Below, piece after piece: positions 12,771 to 25,424 of a stretch of 64,000 nt of DNA. The stretch comes from Octopus vulgaris (Eukaryota): positions 51,708,001 to 51,772,000 of the forward strand of contig OX597814.1 in assembly GCA_951406725.2 (NCBI GenBank), read 5' to 3'. Positions within the stretch are counted from its first letter, which is position 1, and each line of letters begins with the position of its first letter. Below the pieces are notes generated by a model. The model ran no database searches, was not told the origin of the DNA, and saw nothing but the letters and a program-made list of their open reading frames with translations. A program made the position numbers and the translations under genes.

Positions 12771-13996
12771 TGTATATGTATATAATGTATATATATATAT
12801 TCTAGCTGACATACCCAGTAATTCCCAGGAAAGCAGAGTTTATCGCTTGGTTCCATTCTCATAATTGTTTCACTAATCCAATAACAATACAAAGAATGTA
12901 GCCCTTAAAACAGCTTTTGTGCATTTACAGAGAATATCAAGCTGTTTTACACAGGATTTTTTTTTAGGAATTCCCAATAAGTTATAAATACCCAAATTGT
13001 GAAGTCAGTTATGTAATAACATGAAATTAATTACCTGATAGGAAGAATTCAAATAAAGTATCCCTGAAAAGAGCTTTAATGCATTCCCAGAGTATATAAA
13101 ACTTAGGAGGAAATAAGGTATATATACTAAATAAGGTATATATACTAAAATCATGAAGCATGTTATGTAATAACAGACTAATCAGATATGAGATAATAAC
13201 AATTCAAAGTAAATAACTCTGAAGAGGGCTTTTGTGCGTTCCCAGAGAATATTAACCCTCAGCGGTGCTAGTGTTGGTATATTCATGAATAAGTCACTAA
13301 CCAAAATGAGTGCATCTATTGTTTAGGAAAATACTATTTACTTGTTTAAGGGTTGTACTGGATAAACTGCAAAATTAAACCTAACAGTTCAAATACTAAG
13401 AAATAGGCATACTCAATTTGATTTATACCAAATAATATAGGAAAAAATGAATGGGTTATTTCCCTTGGCTGTTAAAATAAAATATATTAGTTATATATAA
13501 GGATCGCTTTCAGGATCCCTGTCTGGCATTTGCCATGGTAGATTGCTAGCCACTATACATTCTTTATTATCTCTCCTTGTTTCTTTCTGTGGAAGAGCGT
13601 AGGCTCGAAACGTTAAAGGCTTTTTCACTTCCCGAGCATTATACTAACACATCTGTTTGTTGTCTACACCACCTGTCTTCGTCTTTTGTTTTTTTTAATT
13701 CTCCCTATATATATAAATATAAGAAATTGTGTGCACAAATGTACAAACAGATGTACCACTTCTACTGTTATGTTAGAGCTCCTTGTTTTGACATCCCATG
13801 ATATTTATATTTGAATGTTACCTTTCTTCTAGAGGTGTGCTTCATTCATCTCCTGTGAAAATATATCTGGTCATGGGGAATTATTACTTTACTTGGAAAC
13901 AGATTGGGGATCTGACCATAAAAAATTTGCCTCAACAAAATTCCATCCAACCTATGCAAGCATGGAAAAATGAATTTTAAAACAATGACGATGATG

Positions 13997-15712
13997 AGTC
14001 CTCAATCCTTTCCTGTTCATCATAGCCATCACTGAAGAGTTTAAGACTGGCTGTCTATGGGAGTTCCTATATGCTGATGATTTAATCCTCATAGGTGAAT
14101 CCATAGGGGAAATAGAGAAGAAATTCCGGGCATGGCAGTTAAACATAGAATTTAATGGCTTTAAGGCTAACCTGTCAAAATACTATGGTCTTAGTAAGTA
14201 GGAAAGATGACAGAACCCTGCTACTTTCAGGGAAGTGGCCTAGCTCAATATGCAGAAAAGGGATTGGCATAAACTCCATACACTGCACTCGATGTAAGCT
14301 ATGGGCACACAAGAGATGTAGCAAAATCACTGGCAGACTATCCAAGTATGTAGGTTTCGTATGCAGTAGATGCAGTGGAGCAGTACATACAAGCACACCT
14401 GAAATTGAGTTTCTTAAATGTCTAGGTCAATCATCAGAAGTAGTTGATATCTTTTGTTACCTAGATGTATTTAACAAGGGAGGTGAACGCTCTAAAAGTA
14501 GAGTTACTAGAGTAAGAACTGGTTTGAGAAAGTTCAGGGAGCTACTACCACTGTTGAAATCAAATATCTTTTCGTTAAGAGTGAAGTGTAGATTGTATGA
14601 TAATGGAAAGAAATGAAGTGAACATATTCTGTTGGATGTCCAATGTGAGTGTGAGTGAAAGAATTAGAACAAAGGTGCTGAGTGAAAAACTGGGTATAAG
14701 AGGTATTAGATATTGTGTTCAAGAAAGAAGACTGAGATGTTATGGTCACATGATGTATATGAATGAGGACAGCTGTATAAGGAAGTGTAATACACTTAAT
14801 GTAGTTGGAACCTGTAGAAGAGGAAACCCCAGGAAGACATGGGATGAAGTGGTGAAAGCTGACCTCAGGACACCTTGAGCCTGACAGATGAGCTAATGAC
14901 TAGGGTCTCTAGTGATATGAGGTTCTCGAAAAAACTCACACTTCTTAGAAACACAAAGTTCTGGAAGTGCTATATTTTGGTTCCTCCACCAGTTACAGGG
15001 ACTCCCTTCCCTCCTGTACTATGTCTATGTCTACCTCTTTCCCTTTCCTTCTCACTTGTCCTCTTCCTCACTAGTGACTGTGTCATCTTTATTACTCCTG
15101 CTAATCATTAACCCCCCTCCCACTCGTCTGCATCCTACTATCATCCCCAGCTCATAACACTTGTCTCATTGTCCTGGAGCTCCCTTGTACCCTACCTTTG
15201 TTTCTTTAATCCCCTTGTCTCCTAGCATGAAGCTGACACACCATCTCCCCTACGGTTTATAGTCCTCCTGCAAACTACATGGCGATCCCAATAGCGCAGA
15301 TGGCATGAAACACCTGTCCAGTTTCCTTTCAACCCTACTCACTTCAGCAGTCTGCCCTCCCCCTTGTTCACTTTCTCATACTAACTTACAGACCACTAAC
15401 CCACCCATATATACCCAGCATGTACCTTCTGAGTACATCACTATTATCTGTCTTGCTGCCTCTACTGATTTTTTTCTGTACTAGGTGTGAGTAGCTATGC
15501 TGATTCCTCTGCAGGAACTTGCTCTACAACTACTTCTCATAGTAATGTGGTTTGTTCCCTAGCATGAAGCTGACCTCTCCACTTACCTCAGGGTTCATAG
15601 TCTTCTTGTAAATTGCATGGCAACCTCAGTAGTACAGGTGGCTCAAAGAAAGGACCCAATCCACTGCGGTAGCAGTGGTGGCAGTGGCGTTGATGATGAT
15701 GATGATGATGAT
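13997..15712 (+). mobile_element. Older RTE LINE 3' fragment (RT end, PHD-like finger, C-terminus, 3' UTR, (GAT)n tail)
   Basis: EFLYADD at ~14060, ORFs 14155-14616 and 14597-14878 homologous to the 3.3-6.3 kb element; (GAT)n at 15692-15712. Confidence 0.85.
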
Positions 15713-15950
15713 ATATAAAATTCTAGGTGATAAGTGTTCTCTACTCTTTTTGTACAGAGAATTCTTGTCTTGAGATTATCTCCTCTCATTCAGAGTTGGT
15801 CAAAAGTGCCACCAGGTAATTGTTTTACCTTCTCTGGAATCAAAGATAATTTCAATAAATCAAGAATTTATTTTTTATGGTATACCATATACCTTTATTC
15901 ATCTTTGTCATATATAGATGCATGTGCATGAGTGAGTGAGTGAGTGAGTG

Positions 15951-16018
<68 letters not shown>

Positions 16019-16651
16019 GTGTATTTATATTTCAAGATGTACATCCCTGTATAGTAATCTATTTACAGAAAGAAACTGGTAGTGTAAAATGCAGGTAATT
16101 AGCTTGGGACACACACAATGCAACTGGTTGGGTATAAATAAATAGCACTTTGGTTGGTAGTCCAACACTATAATGAATTTGTAAAGCAGATGAAAATTTT
16201 ACACAGAAATTTTTATTGTTAAAAGTACACAAAGCTCTTAAGTGATGAGTGAAAGGTAATTCTAAAACCCATTTATGAAACATCACATTCCTTTTAATGA
16301 CACCTATGGAAAATACACCAAAATATATTGCTATTGGTCAAATATTTCTGGGTGAAATCATCAAAGCAATTTGTATATTGCTGGCCTTAAAGTTATTTTC
16401 AGTAAGAAAATCTAAGGCTGTAATACTTTTTAAAATTTCATTTCCTTCCAGAATTCAAGAAACTACATCAGAGCGATATTGGCTGTTTATAAGGTAATAA
16501 TTTACTTCAACCAACCTCTGTAGTTTGAACTCTTTAAATACTGTTTATTGCTTTGTAGTCTTGGAATTTGTTTACATATGTGTATGCATGTATTCACACA
16601 TACACACATGCGTACGTACACATGGGCATGCACACACACTTACATATACTT

Positions 16652-16847
16652 ATACAGGAGTGGGGCTGATAAGTTAGGTTAGAGGCCCAACCTTCCAAGT
16701 TCTTTTACAGGGCTTATAAAAACTGAAGGGTTGCTACAATAAGTGTGTGAATCTGAGAGGGGAATATGCTAAATAAAATGATAATTAACTGATCCTCCTA
16801 TATTTTGTTTTACCCAAAGCCAGAAACTTTTCAGTATCCCCTCCTAT
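16652..16847. mobile_element. Non-autonomous mariner remnant
   Basis: TA-flanked imperfect TIRs (tacaggagtggggctgataagtt / aacttttcagtatcccctcctata) around a transposase C-terminus fragment (KCVNLRGEY). Confidence 0.65.
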
Positions 16848-17095
16848 ATGCAGCTGGATCTGTGTTTGTCTATGAGGCAGATTTTCTATAGCAAGATGCT
16901 CTTCCTGTCACTATGGTGCCATGTAAAAAGCATCCAATACATTCTGTTAAGTGGTTAGTGTTAAGAAGGGCATCTAGCTGTAGAAAACAAGTCAAAACAG
17001 TCTGTGGAACATGGTGTGGCACCTGGCCTTGCCAGCTCCTGTCAAGCCATCCAACCCATGCTAGCATGGAAAATGGACATTAGATGATGATGATA

Positions 17096-17126
<31 letters not shown>

Positions 17127-17602
17127 CGATGACAATGATGATGACGATGACAACAACAACAACGACGACGATGATGATGGAACATTTACGAAAATGTCAA
17201 TTTTTAAACACACACATTAGAATATTTAAGAAATACATTAGGGAATAATTACAAATACAATAACATTTTACTACAATACATATTCTCCATAAATAATACT
17301 GTATACTATGTAATAACTGATGGGAGTTTTTGAGAAGAGAGACCCCATCTTCTACCGAGTAGATCATTAGTTTCAGAATCTACTACAAGAAAGAAATCTA
17401 AAATTATTTGATAATCATGGCAAACCATCTTATTGTACAGCTCAGTATAGAAACTGAGCTTATTAAAAACTCCTCTTGTAATTTTTATAATTATATTCAT
17501 AATCATTATTTTTATTAGCAAAGAGATGAAGAGCTTCTTAAATAAGAGCCAATATTTAAGCCATAGTCTTTGCAGTCAACTTCTTCTGGTGCTGCAGCTC
17601 TC

Positions 17603-17920
17603 TATGTCCCTCTCTCAGCTGAGAGGTTCAAGTCTTGTTGGCTTGTGGGTGCTGGTGCCACATAAAAGCGCCCATGCCAGTGCCATGTAAAAGCACCCAT
17701 GCTGGTGCCATGTAAAAGTACCTGTGTTGGTGCCATTTTAAGAGCATCCAGTACACTCTGTAAAGTGGTTGAAATTAGGAAAGCTAACCAGCCATACAAA
17801 CCATGCCAAAACAGACAAAATGGAGCCTGGGAAGCTCTCCAGATGACGAGCTTCTCACAAGCTGTCAAAATTATACAAGCATGGAGAATAGTTATTAAAT
17901 GATGATGATGATGATGATGA
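17603..17920 (+). mobile_element. RTE 3'-tail element (truncated LINE or RTE-mobilised SINE) ending in (GAT)n
   Basis: Matches 3' UTR of the 3.3-6.3 kb LINE; degenerate TSD cagctctc / caactttc; other copies at 2386-2535, 6363-6665, 16890-17180, 22800-22978, 52448-52830. Confidence 0.8.
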
Positions 17921-18371
17921 CAACTTTCAAATAAATATTTGTATTTTTGTTTACAGTACATAATCATTCTTTTCAACCAGAAATGCCAGTTTTCCTGCAC
18001 TTCCAGTGTCATATGACAGGGAAAATATTTACCATGTCAAAAGTAAATGTTTTCCTGGTTAAAAAGTAAATGTGTTTCTCTTTACCAAAAAAAGTGAAAG
18101 TGCTTTGGGTGGAGTGGGTGGATTGAAAGCGCTTCTATTTGATTGCTTTCCATGTCATAGATCCAATAGTACTGAAGCACTTATTTGAAACCTAACTACT
18201 ATGTAATTGGTCAGACACCACAAGTGAAGCACCATAGTTTCACGTGATCAGTGAGGCTGTGATGTGATATAGTTTTTTGAAATGTTCTTCTTGTTCCCTA
18301 TAAAACATCATTTTGTCACTCAACTAATTGCAGAGTGTTGAAGGCAGCAGACTGTTTCATGTGCCTCCACT

Positions 18372-18753
18372 CAGGGCTGTTGCTAAGCCCCTGCAACCTC
18401 TGTGATTGCAAGGGGCCTCCGTGGTTTAGGGGCTCCATGTTAAAATCAAAGTACAAAGATGAGTCATCTATTTACTTTGGTTAAGATGTTGAACAAGAAT
18501 TGAACTATGTATGTTAACTGAAAATTTCAAGAAATAAATTGGTAATACATTGTACCTGCAAAATATTTCATTGTTCCACGAATGTTCCTATCTAAATATG
18601 TTCTTTAGGATAACGTGAAATATTGAAATTCAGGAAGAATATAGTAAAATATAACTATGAATAAAAGGTGCATAGATCATGAATTTTGATTGAAGGGATG
18701 GGACCTTGAAACAAAAAGTTGGGGAGGCCTCTAAAAGACATGTGACATGCCTG
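18372..18753. mobile_element. hAT-type non-autonomous element
   Basis: Perfect 8-bp TSD cctccact (18364-18371 and 18754-18761); CAGG...CCTG termini. Confidence 0.7.
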
Positions 18754-18932
18754 CCTCCACTCTTGCCATTGCAGATGGCCAAGGATCTCTGTTACCATGG
18801 AGATTTGTGTATTTGACTTTGTATATTTTTGGATTGATCCCATGTTGTCACACAAATAGCTTTCTATAATTTCAGAGCAGTCTGTTTCCCTCCCAGTCAG
18901 CAATTATTATTCACTGTAATTATTAAAGTTGT

Positions 18933-20250
18933 TCACTGCCCAGGAGCAGCCTGTCTTACATTCTTCTGTTTTTGCCTGGAGGACTATGATGAATAAGAGG
19001 GAACTGAGCACTGATGCTTGGTGAACCCCTACTTGTACCCTGTATTCTTCACTGTACTCATTGCCAACCCTCACCTTACTGACAACATCCCTGTACATAG
19101 CTTGTGCAGCTCTCACCAACCACTTATCTATCCCTCATTTCCGCATTGACCACCAAATAAGGGATTGGGGAACCCTATCAAAGGCTTTCTCCAAGTCAGC
19201 AAAAGCCAAGTACAGATGTTTATCTTTATCTTTGGCTACATATTTCTCCTGCAGCTGCCTTACCAAAGATATAGCATCAGTGGTGCTTCTCCCTGGCACA
19301 AAACCAAACTGCATCTCATCTAAGTTAACTCTCTCTGTAACTTTTATCACCTGATCCAGTAATTTGATACTTCTGTAATTATTTCTATCTAAGGCATCAC
19401 CTTTACCTTTGTAGCAGTTGACTATGATGCTGCTACACCAGTCATTAGGTATGACTCCTTCATGAACCACCTATTTACAATATGGTGACTAGACCATAAC
19501 CCACACAGCCAGGTATTTCAAGCATCTCAGCAGATATTCCTGATGGGCTGGGGGCTTTTCCTGTCCTCATATCCTTAATTGCATACCTACCATGGAACTG
19601 TCTATTCAGGTAGCTAGTCTCTCACTTGGGTTAACATTCAGCAGACCCTCCTCCTCCCATTCATTCTCTATGTCCAGCAGTCTTTCATAATGGCATTTCC
19701 ATGCCTCTTTCTTTTCAGAATCATTACATGCAAGTACACCATCATCCATACAGATCCATTTCTCTGCTATGACATCCTGATTTTCTCTCACACACTATCT
19801 TGCAAATCTGAAATACTTCAGTTCGTTGGTCCTCATGTCACTGAACATAGGCAAGCTTCTTTTCTGCTTCTCCCTTGGCTAGATATATCTGTCTCCTAGC
19901 ATCCCTTCTGGCAATTTGATACAGTATCCTGCTATCCCCATTTTTCCAGGCCTTCCAGGCCTGTTTCTCAGCTCTAATGGCCCTGTCTGCTACATCGTTC
20001 CACCACCATGTTACCCTTGCACCAGCAACATATTTGGTCTATGGCACTCAGCAAACTGTCCCTCAGGAATTCCCAGTTGCCCTTTATGTCACAAGTCTGT
20101 AGCTTCTCCTCCCTGTCCTGTCATAGAATTTCTGAATTAGAATGTCCCTAAATCTCTGAGCATGTGAAGGGTCCTTAAGCTTCCAAATCCTTCTTTTCCA
20201 GATTGGTTTACTTCTTGGCATCTTTCTGGCCTGGAGTCTGAAGTCATTCC
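18933..20250 (-). mobile_element. RTE LINE internal fragment (RT N-terminal half), decayed
   Basis: ORFs 19135-19470 and 18907-19119 match the RT of the 3.3-6.3 kb element (QFGF, DLEKAFDRV, GVHQAS). Confidence 0.9.
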
Positions 20251-21479
20251 ACCTTAGTGCCTTTCAAACATATCACCCCCACCCCCCACTTTTCACACAT
20301 ATTCATTCCTTACATTCTTTTCTCTTCCTATCCCTCCCCTACTCTTCTCCCATCCACCTCATAATATCTTCACCACCAACTAACATTCCTTTTTCATTCT
20401 TTTTCCATTTTCTCTTCCTCTTTCTTTCTTCTTTCTTCACCTATTCCTTTTGACCATTCTCCTAATTTTAACAGACACATCTTGTCTCCCCTCTCTATCC
20501 ACTTAATACTACCACTACATTCTCAAAATTTCACTCACACCACAAGACCACTTTGGATGAACAGCACCTGGAATTTACGTCTTCACACTTTCTATTTGTA
20601 ATGACAAAATATGAACTCCTATTGAAATTTACATACCATGGAAAAGAAGTATTTCTACAACTTCTACACACCACTTTCCTAGGATAATGGGACTGCAACT
20701 ATAACATCCTACATATATTTTTATTTTTACTTTTATTCTCTTATTTCCCTTTATACTTCTTATTTCCATCCTTTTCCAAAAAGAACTTATATTGAACTCA
20801 ACCATTTCACATCGTCTCTGATGAAAGGAAATCCCTAATATCCCAGAAACAGCTGTAAGACTAGCTTTCTCTTTATAAATGTTCTGAAAATTCCACACAG
20901 CCTTGGCTTTGTTGTCTCGTTTTATTTAACATATAACATGTATGTATGTATGTATGTATGTATGTATGTATGTATGTGTGACTATACATGTGTGTGTGTG
21001 TCATCATCATCATCATCATCAAATGATCAGAAATTGAGGAGGGTTGAGGGGTAGCTATAGTGAATGTATATGGTGGATATATGGGATAGGGGAGATCAAT
21101 GATGCATATAAGTTGGGAGAATTTGAGGTGGGGAGAATAGGAAATGACTGACCGTACAGAAAAAAATGTGAGTGAAGAGCAGCATAATAATGATAATGGT
21201 ACAATAGATATGGGAAGGACGACTGATGTGTGGATTTGGTAATCAATGTAAAGAGTGAGTGGAGAGGACATTATTTAAAATGAAAGATAATAAGTGAAAT
21301 GGTTTCAGGTAATAAGACAGATAAGTGGTATCAGGTAAAAACTGGTGAAGTATGCAGTTCTGCTTACATTTAATTACAATAGCAGAATACTGCAGTTAGA
21401 GAGATGATGGTGGTGATGTCTCAAGGACGAAATTGGGCAATACATACACACACGCGTGCATGCGCATGTGTGTGTCTGT

Positions 21480-22085
21480 AAGTCAGAAATCTTTCTTGAG
21501 ATTCCAGAAACATTTCCAGCCTCACTTGCATTGCCTGTTATTAATTAGTCACTAAGCAATGATGACTTTTTAGCCCCACTGAATTTATTCCACAAAAGTT
21601 TTCATAACCCAAAGAAAAATGTCAGGGTCATTCAAATGTGAGGGGATATGAATTGTCCTCTTTGACTGAAAAGGCGTCACTCACCATAAGTTTGTTCCAT
21701 GCAGCTTGATGATTAATGGTTTTATATAGTTTTATTTATATATGCTGAAGTGTTCAGAAGAAGCAATGTGAAGGTATGGACAAACAAGATCTGAATGCTA
21801 TATCATGATTGTGCATCTGTTCAAGCAATACATCCTAAGTATGACATTTTTTGGCAAAGCACAAATTAACTTTTAGCCTTGCCAGCCACTCCCTATAATG
21901 TTTCGATCTTGAGCTGAAATCCACCTTGAAAAGTGATTGATTTGAGGCAGTAGAAGAGATCAAAGAAAATTCACAAGAATTTTGTACTCTCCTGAAAACA
22001 AGTTCCAAAACTGGGAAAAAGAATAGAAGAAATGTATCGATAGTGGAGGGAGCTATTTTAAAGGAGACAAGTCCAGTTAAATTCT
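21480..22085. mobile_element. Highly decayed mariner transposase fragments
   Basis: + strand C-terminal remnant (FEAVEEIKENS...KCIDSGGSYFKGDK) at ~21940-22075; probable N-terminal remnant on - strand upstream. Confidence 0.55.
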
Positions 22086-22164
22086 AAATGAAACAATGAA
22101 GCAATTAATTTATTTTTTCAAAAGGAAAAAAATAAAATATATATATATATATACACACACACAC

Positions 22165-22213
<49 letters not shown>

Positions 22214-24111
22214 GAAAGAACCACCTTTTATCAATTCAAAATGAACAATTAAATTACACCATCTAGAAAATTACATATAATAGAAATATTAAACCGTATA
22301 TAATTATATACGTTTTTATTATTTTTTTGCAATTTACTTAATCATTGGTATTTTATTGTTATTTTAATTTTAATATTTCTATTATATGTAATTTTCTAGA
22401 TGGTGTAATTTAATTGTTTATTTTGAATTGATAAAAGGTGGTTCTTTCTAATTTTTTATATATATATATTATACTGTGTGAAATTTGATTTAGTATTTCT
22501 AAATTGAATTTTTTCCCTGTAAGTTAGGATTAATATTCCCTCAAATAATTATTATATATATATAAATGGCGGTGCCCCAGCATGGCCACAGCTCATTAGC
22601 TGAAACTGGAAAAATCAAAATCAAATCATAATCAAATATATATATATATATATACATATAGTCTTCTACTCTAGCCTCAGGTCTGCCTGAGACTAGAGTA
22701 GAAGACACTTGCCAAAGTGTCATGCAGTGGAAGTGAATACAGAACTATGTGGTTGTGAAGCAAGCTTCTTCCCATACACCCACACCAGTGCTATATATAC
22801 ATATATGTAAAAAGCACCCATTACACTCTTGGAGTGGTTAGCATTAGAAAGAGCATCCACCCATAGAAACCATGCCAAATCAGATTGGAAGCGGGTGTGG
22901 CTCTCCAGCTTACCAGTTTCAGTCAAACTGTCTAACCCATGCCAGCATGGAAAGTAGACACTATATGATGATGATGATATATATATATGTTGTTTTGAGA
23001 TTTGCTTTGCAAGATTCTTTATGTGAGTTTGTGTGTTGAAGCATATTTTTTTGTGTCTGGGGAGAGACATTCTCTTTTAGTGCCTTATTATTTAACACAC
23101 ACACCTGTAAAGTTTCCACTCATTTACTAATTTATATTTCTTAAAATTTTCGTTGCATCTTGCAACCTTTTCAATTGTCATTCACTCTGTCCATTATCTG
23201 AGTTGCGTTCTTTTTGTTTGTTTGTGTGCATGTGTGGGTCAGTGTGTGCTCATACACGTGTATGTATGTATGTATGTATGTATGCATGCATGTGTGTGTA
23301 AGCATATATGTGTGTAAGTTTGTATGTATATATGTATGTATGTGTGTACGTTTGTATGTATATATTCTGCATATTCATGTGTTTGTGTGTTTGCATGTGT
23401 GTGTGTGTGTACCTCTGTCTCTATATGTGTGCATGTTTGAGTGTGTATGTGGGAAGGTGGGGTTGTGACTATGTACTGTGTCTGTATGGATGTGTGTCTC
23501 CATATGTGTCTTTGTGTGAAGTGAAGTGTGTGTGTATGGTCATGTGTTTCAGTTTTCATTTGCATATGTGTGTGTGTGTGCTTGTCTATTCATATTACCG
23601 ATGTACCTATCTGTCTGTATGTCTATCTGTTTACATTCATATCCATTTGCCTACACACATGTGCATATACATATACATACATACACACACACATACATTT
23701 ACATAACAGCCCTCTAACTATTCTACCTGTATATAAATATAAACTGTAGGTATGGGGGTATGATTACCTACTACATATATTTCTATTTAGTATTGAGGAT
23801 GTTTCATTTATGAGGGCATACTCTTGTATTTGTCTGAGGGTTGGGTCCTTTGGGTGCTTGGATAAAATGCAGATGTCAAATTGACCCAGGTTGCCTCCAC
23901 ACATACATACATGTGTATGGTCACACACACTGACCAACATACATGCACACAAACAAAAACAACGCAGCTTGGATAACAGAGTCAATGACTATTGAAAAGG
24001 TTGCAAGACACAACAAAAATTTTAGGAAAAATAAATAAGTAAATGAGTGGAAACTTTACCAGTGAGTGTGCTAAATATTAAGGCACTAAAAGAGAATCAC
24101 TCTCCCCAGAC

Positions 24112-24208
<97 letters not shown>

Positions 24209-24380
24209 GTAGTCACCATATTTCATTCCATATTGATTACCTCCAATGAGCACAGGGTTACAATGATCAGATTGTTACCTAACACTCCATTGAATCCCTA
24301 GTGTGAAACCGATTGATAAGATCGGCCGTAATGGATATATGATACTGTACGCTTCGGATAGCATATCCACTCTACTGATA

Positions 24381-24484
24381 AATTAAGTACCAGTTACGCA
24401 CTGGGGTCGATGTAATCGACTTAATTCGTTTGTCTGTCCTTGTTTGTCCCCTCTATGTTTAGCCCTTTGTGGGTAATAAAGAAA
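24381..24484 (+). mobile_element. 5'-truncated tRNA-SINE family B with perfect 19-bp TSD
   Basis: TSD catatccactctactgata at 24362-24380 and 24485-24503; insert matches the 3' half of the SINE at 60420-60635. Confidence 0.85.
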
Positions 24485-24525
24485 CATATCCACTCTACTG
24501 ATAGATATATGAATGTATATTCATA

Positions 24526-24844
24526 TACCCAGATACAATAATAAAGATAATTAATAGCACTTTTAATATAGGTTATTACCACTTGGAACTCGCAAGTCAC
24601 TTCTTTCTTGGATTGTCTCTGATCCAGCAGATCAATAATCAAAGACATTCAAACCATAACTACCCCTTTTTTTTTTTTTTTAAATTCAAATCTCCTTTCA
24701 AATAATTTGTGTTCTTCCAATATTTCTATGGATTAAGGTGGTAAGCTGGCAGAATCGTTAGCACACCAGACAAAATGCTTACCAGCATTTCGTCTGTCTT
24801 TACATTCTGAGTTCAAGTTCCACCCAGGCTGACTTTACATTTCA
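24526..24844 (+). repeat. Left arm of 319-bp inverted duplication (partner 26955-27273)
   Basis: Reverse complement of 26955-27273 apart from one substitution and differences at the poly-T/A tract. Confidence 0.95.
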
Positions 24845-25333
24845 AATAAGTCCTGACTTATGGACTCTTAGGCCACACATACACACACGTGCACGTTTAT
24901 GAATTTGTTTTGCACGATTCATGATGAGAAATCGTGTGCTGAAACAGATATTGTTATATTTCAGGATGGTTGGGGGGTTTACTCTCTCTCTTTTATTTGG
25001 CAAAGAAAAAGAAAAATGACCGTTCCAAAATATAACATACTCATACACACAAGCACGTGCGCGCATACACACATTTGTTTTTTAAAAAATTGACGATAAA
25101 GTAAGCAGAAAAGGAGAGAACCAGTTATTGGTGACACGCGACCTGACAAACACGCAGCTCCACCTGATAAACACACATATATATATAGGCTTCACTAGTG
25201 ATAGCTGTTACTTCCAACATTTGCTCGCTGTACTACTAATCTCCGTTTGTTTTCATCCAAGTACATAAGATCGCCTGACACCGGTTTACATTACATTAAT
25301 AATTTCTTGTTTGTGGACAGCAGTGATCGCACG
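24845..25333 (+). promoter_or_regulatory. Probable promoter / 5' UTR of PLA2G15
   Basis: Immediately upstream of the ATG; CpG dinucleotides are visibly retained here compared with the CpG-poor surroundings; TSS not determinable. Confidence 0.45.
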
Positions 25334-25424
25334 ATGGCAGCTTCTGCTAGAACTCTGTTGGAGCTTCTTTTACTCTTGATTCTTACTATAACATTTACTA
25401 TTTCTATAAATCCAGTCATTTTGG
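25334..25424 (+). CDS. PLA2G15: PLA2G15 exon 1 (signal peptide MAASARTLLELLLLLILTITFTISINPVIL)
   Basis: ATG in good context (acgATGG), Leu-rich signal peptide, donor G|gtaaga at 25425; joins exon 2 to give PVILVPG. Confidence 0.88.

Noticed and set aside
15745-15800. GDN motif (MRGDNLK) as a Mononegavirales RdRp motif C
   Set aside because: Context does not match QGDNQ and no other polymerase motifs were found.
24886-25059. Two CACGTG E-boxes upstream of a lysosomal gene (CLEAR/TFEB-like)
   Set aside because: Both lie in degenerate CA repeats and lack the TCACGTGA flanks; likely chance.
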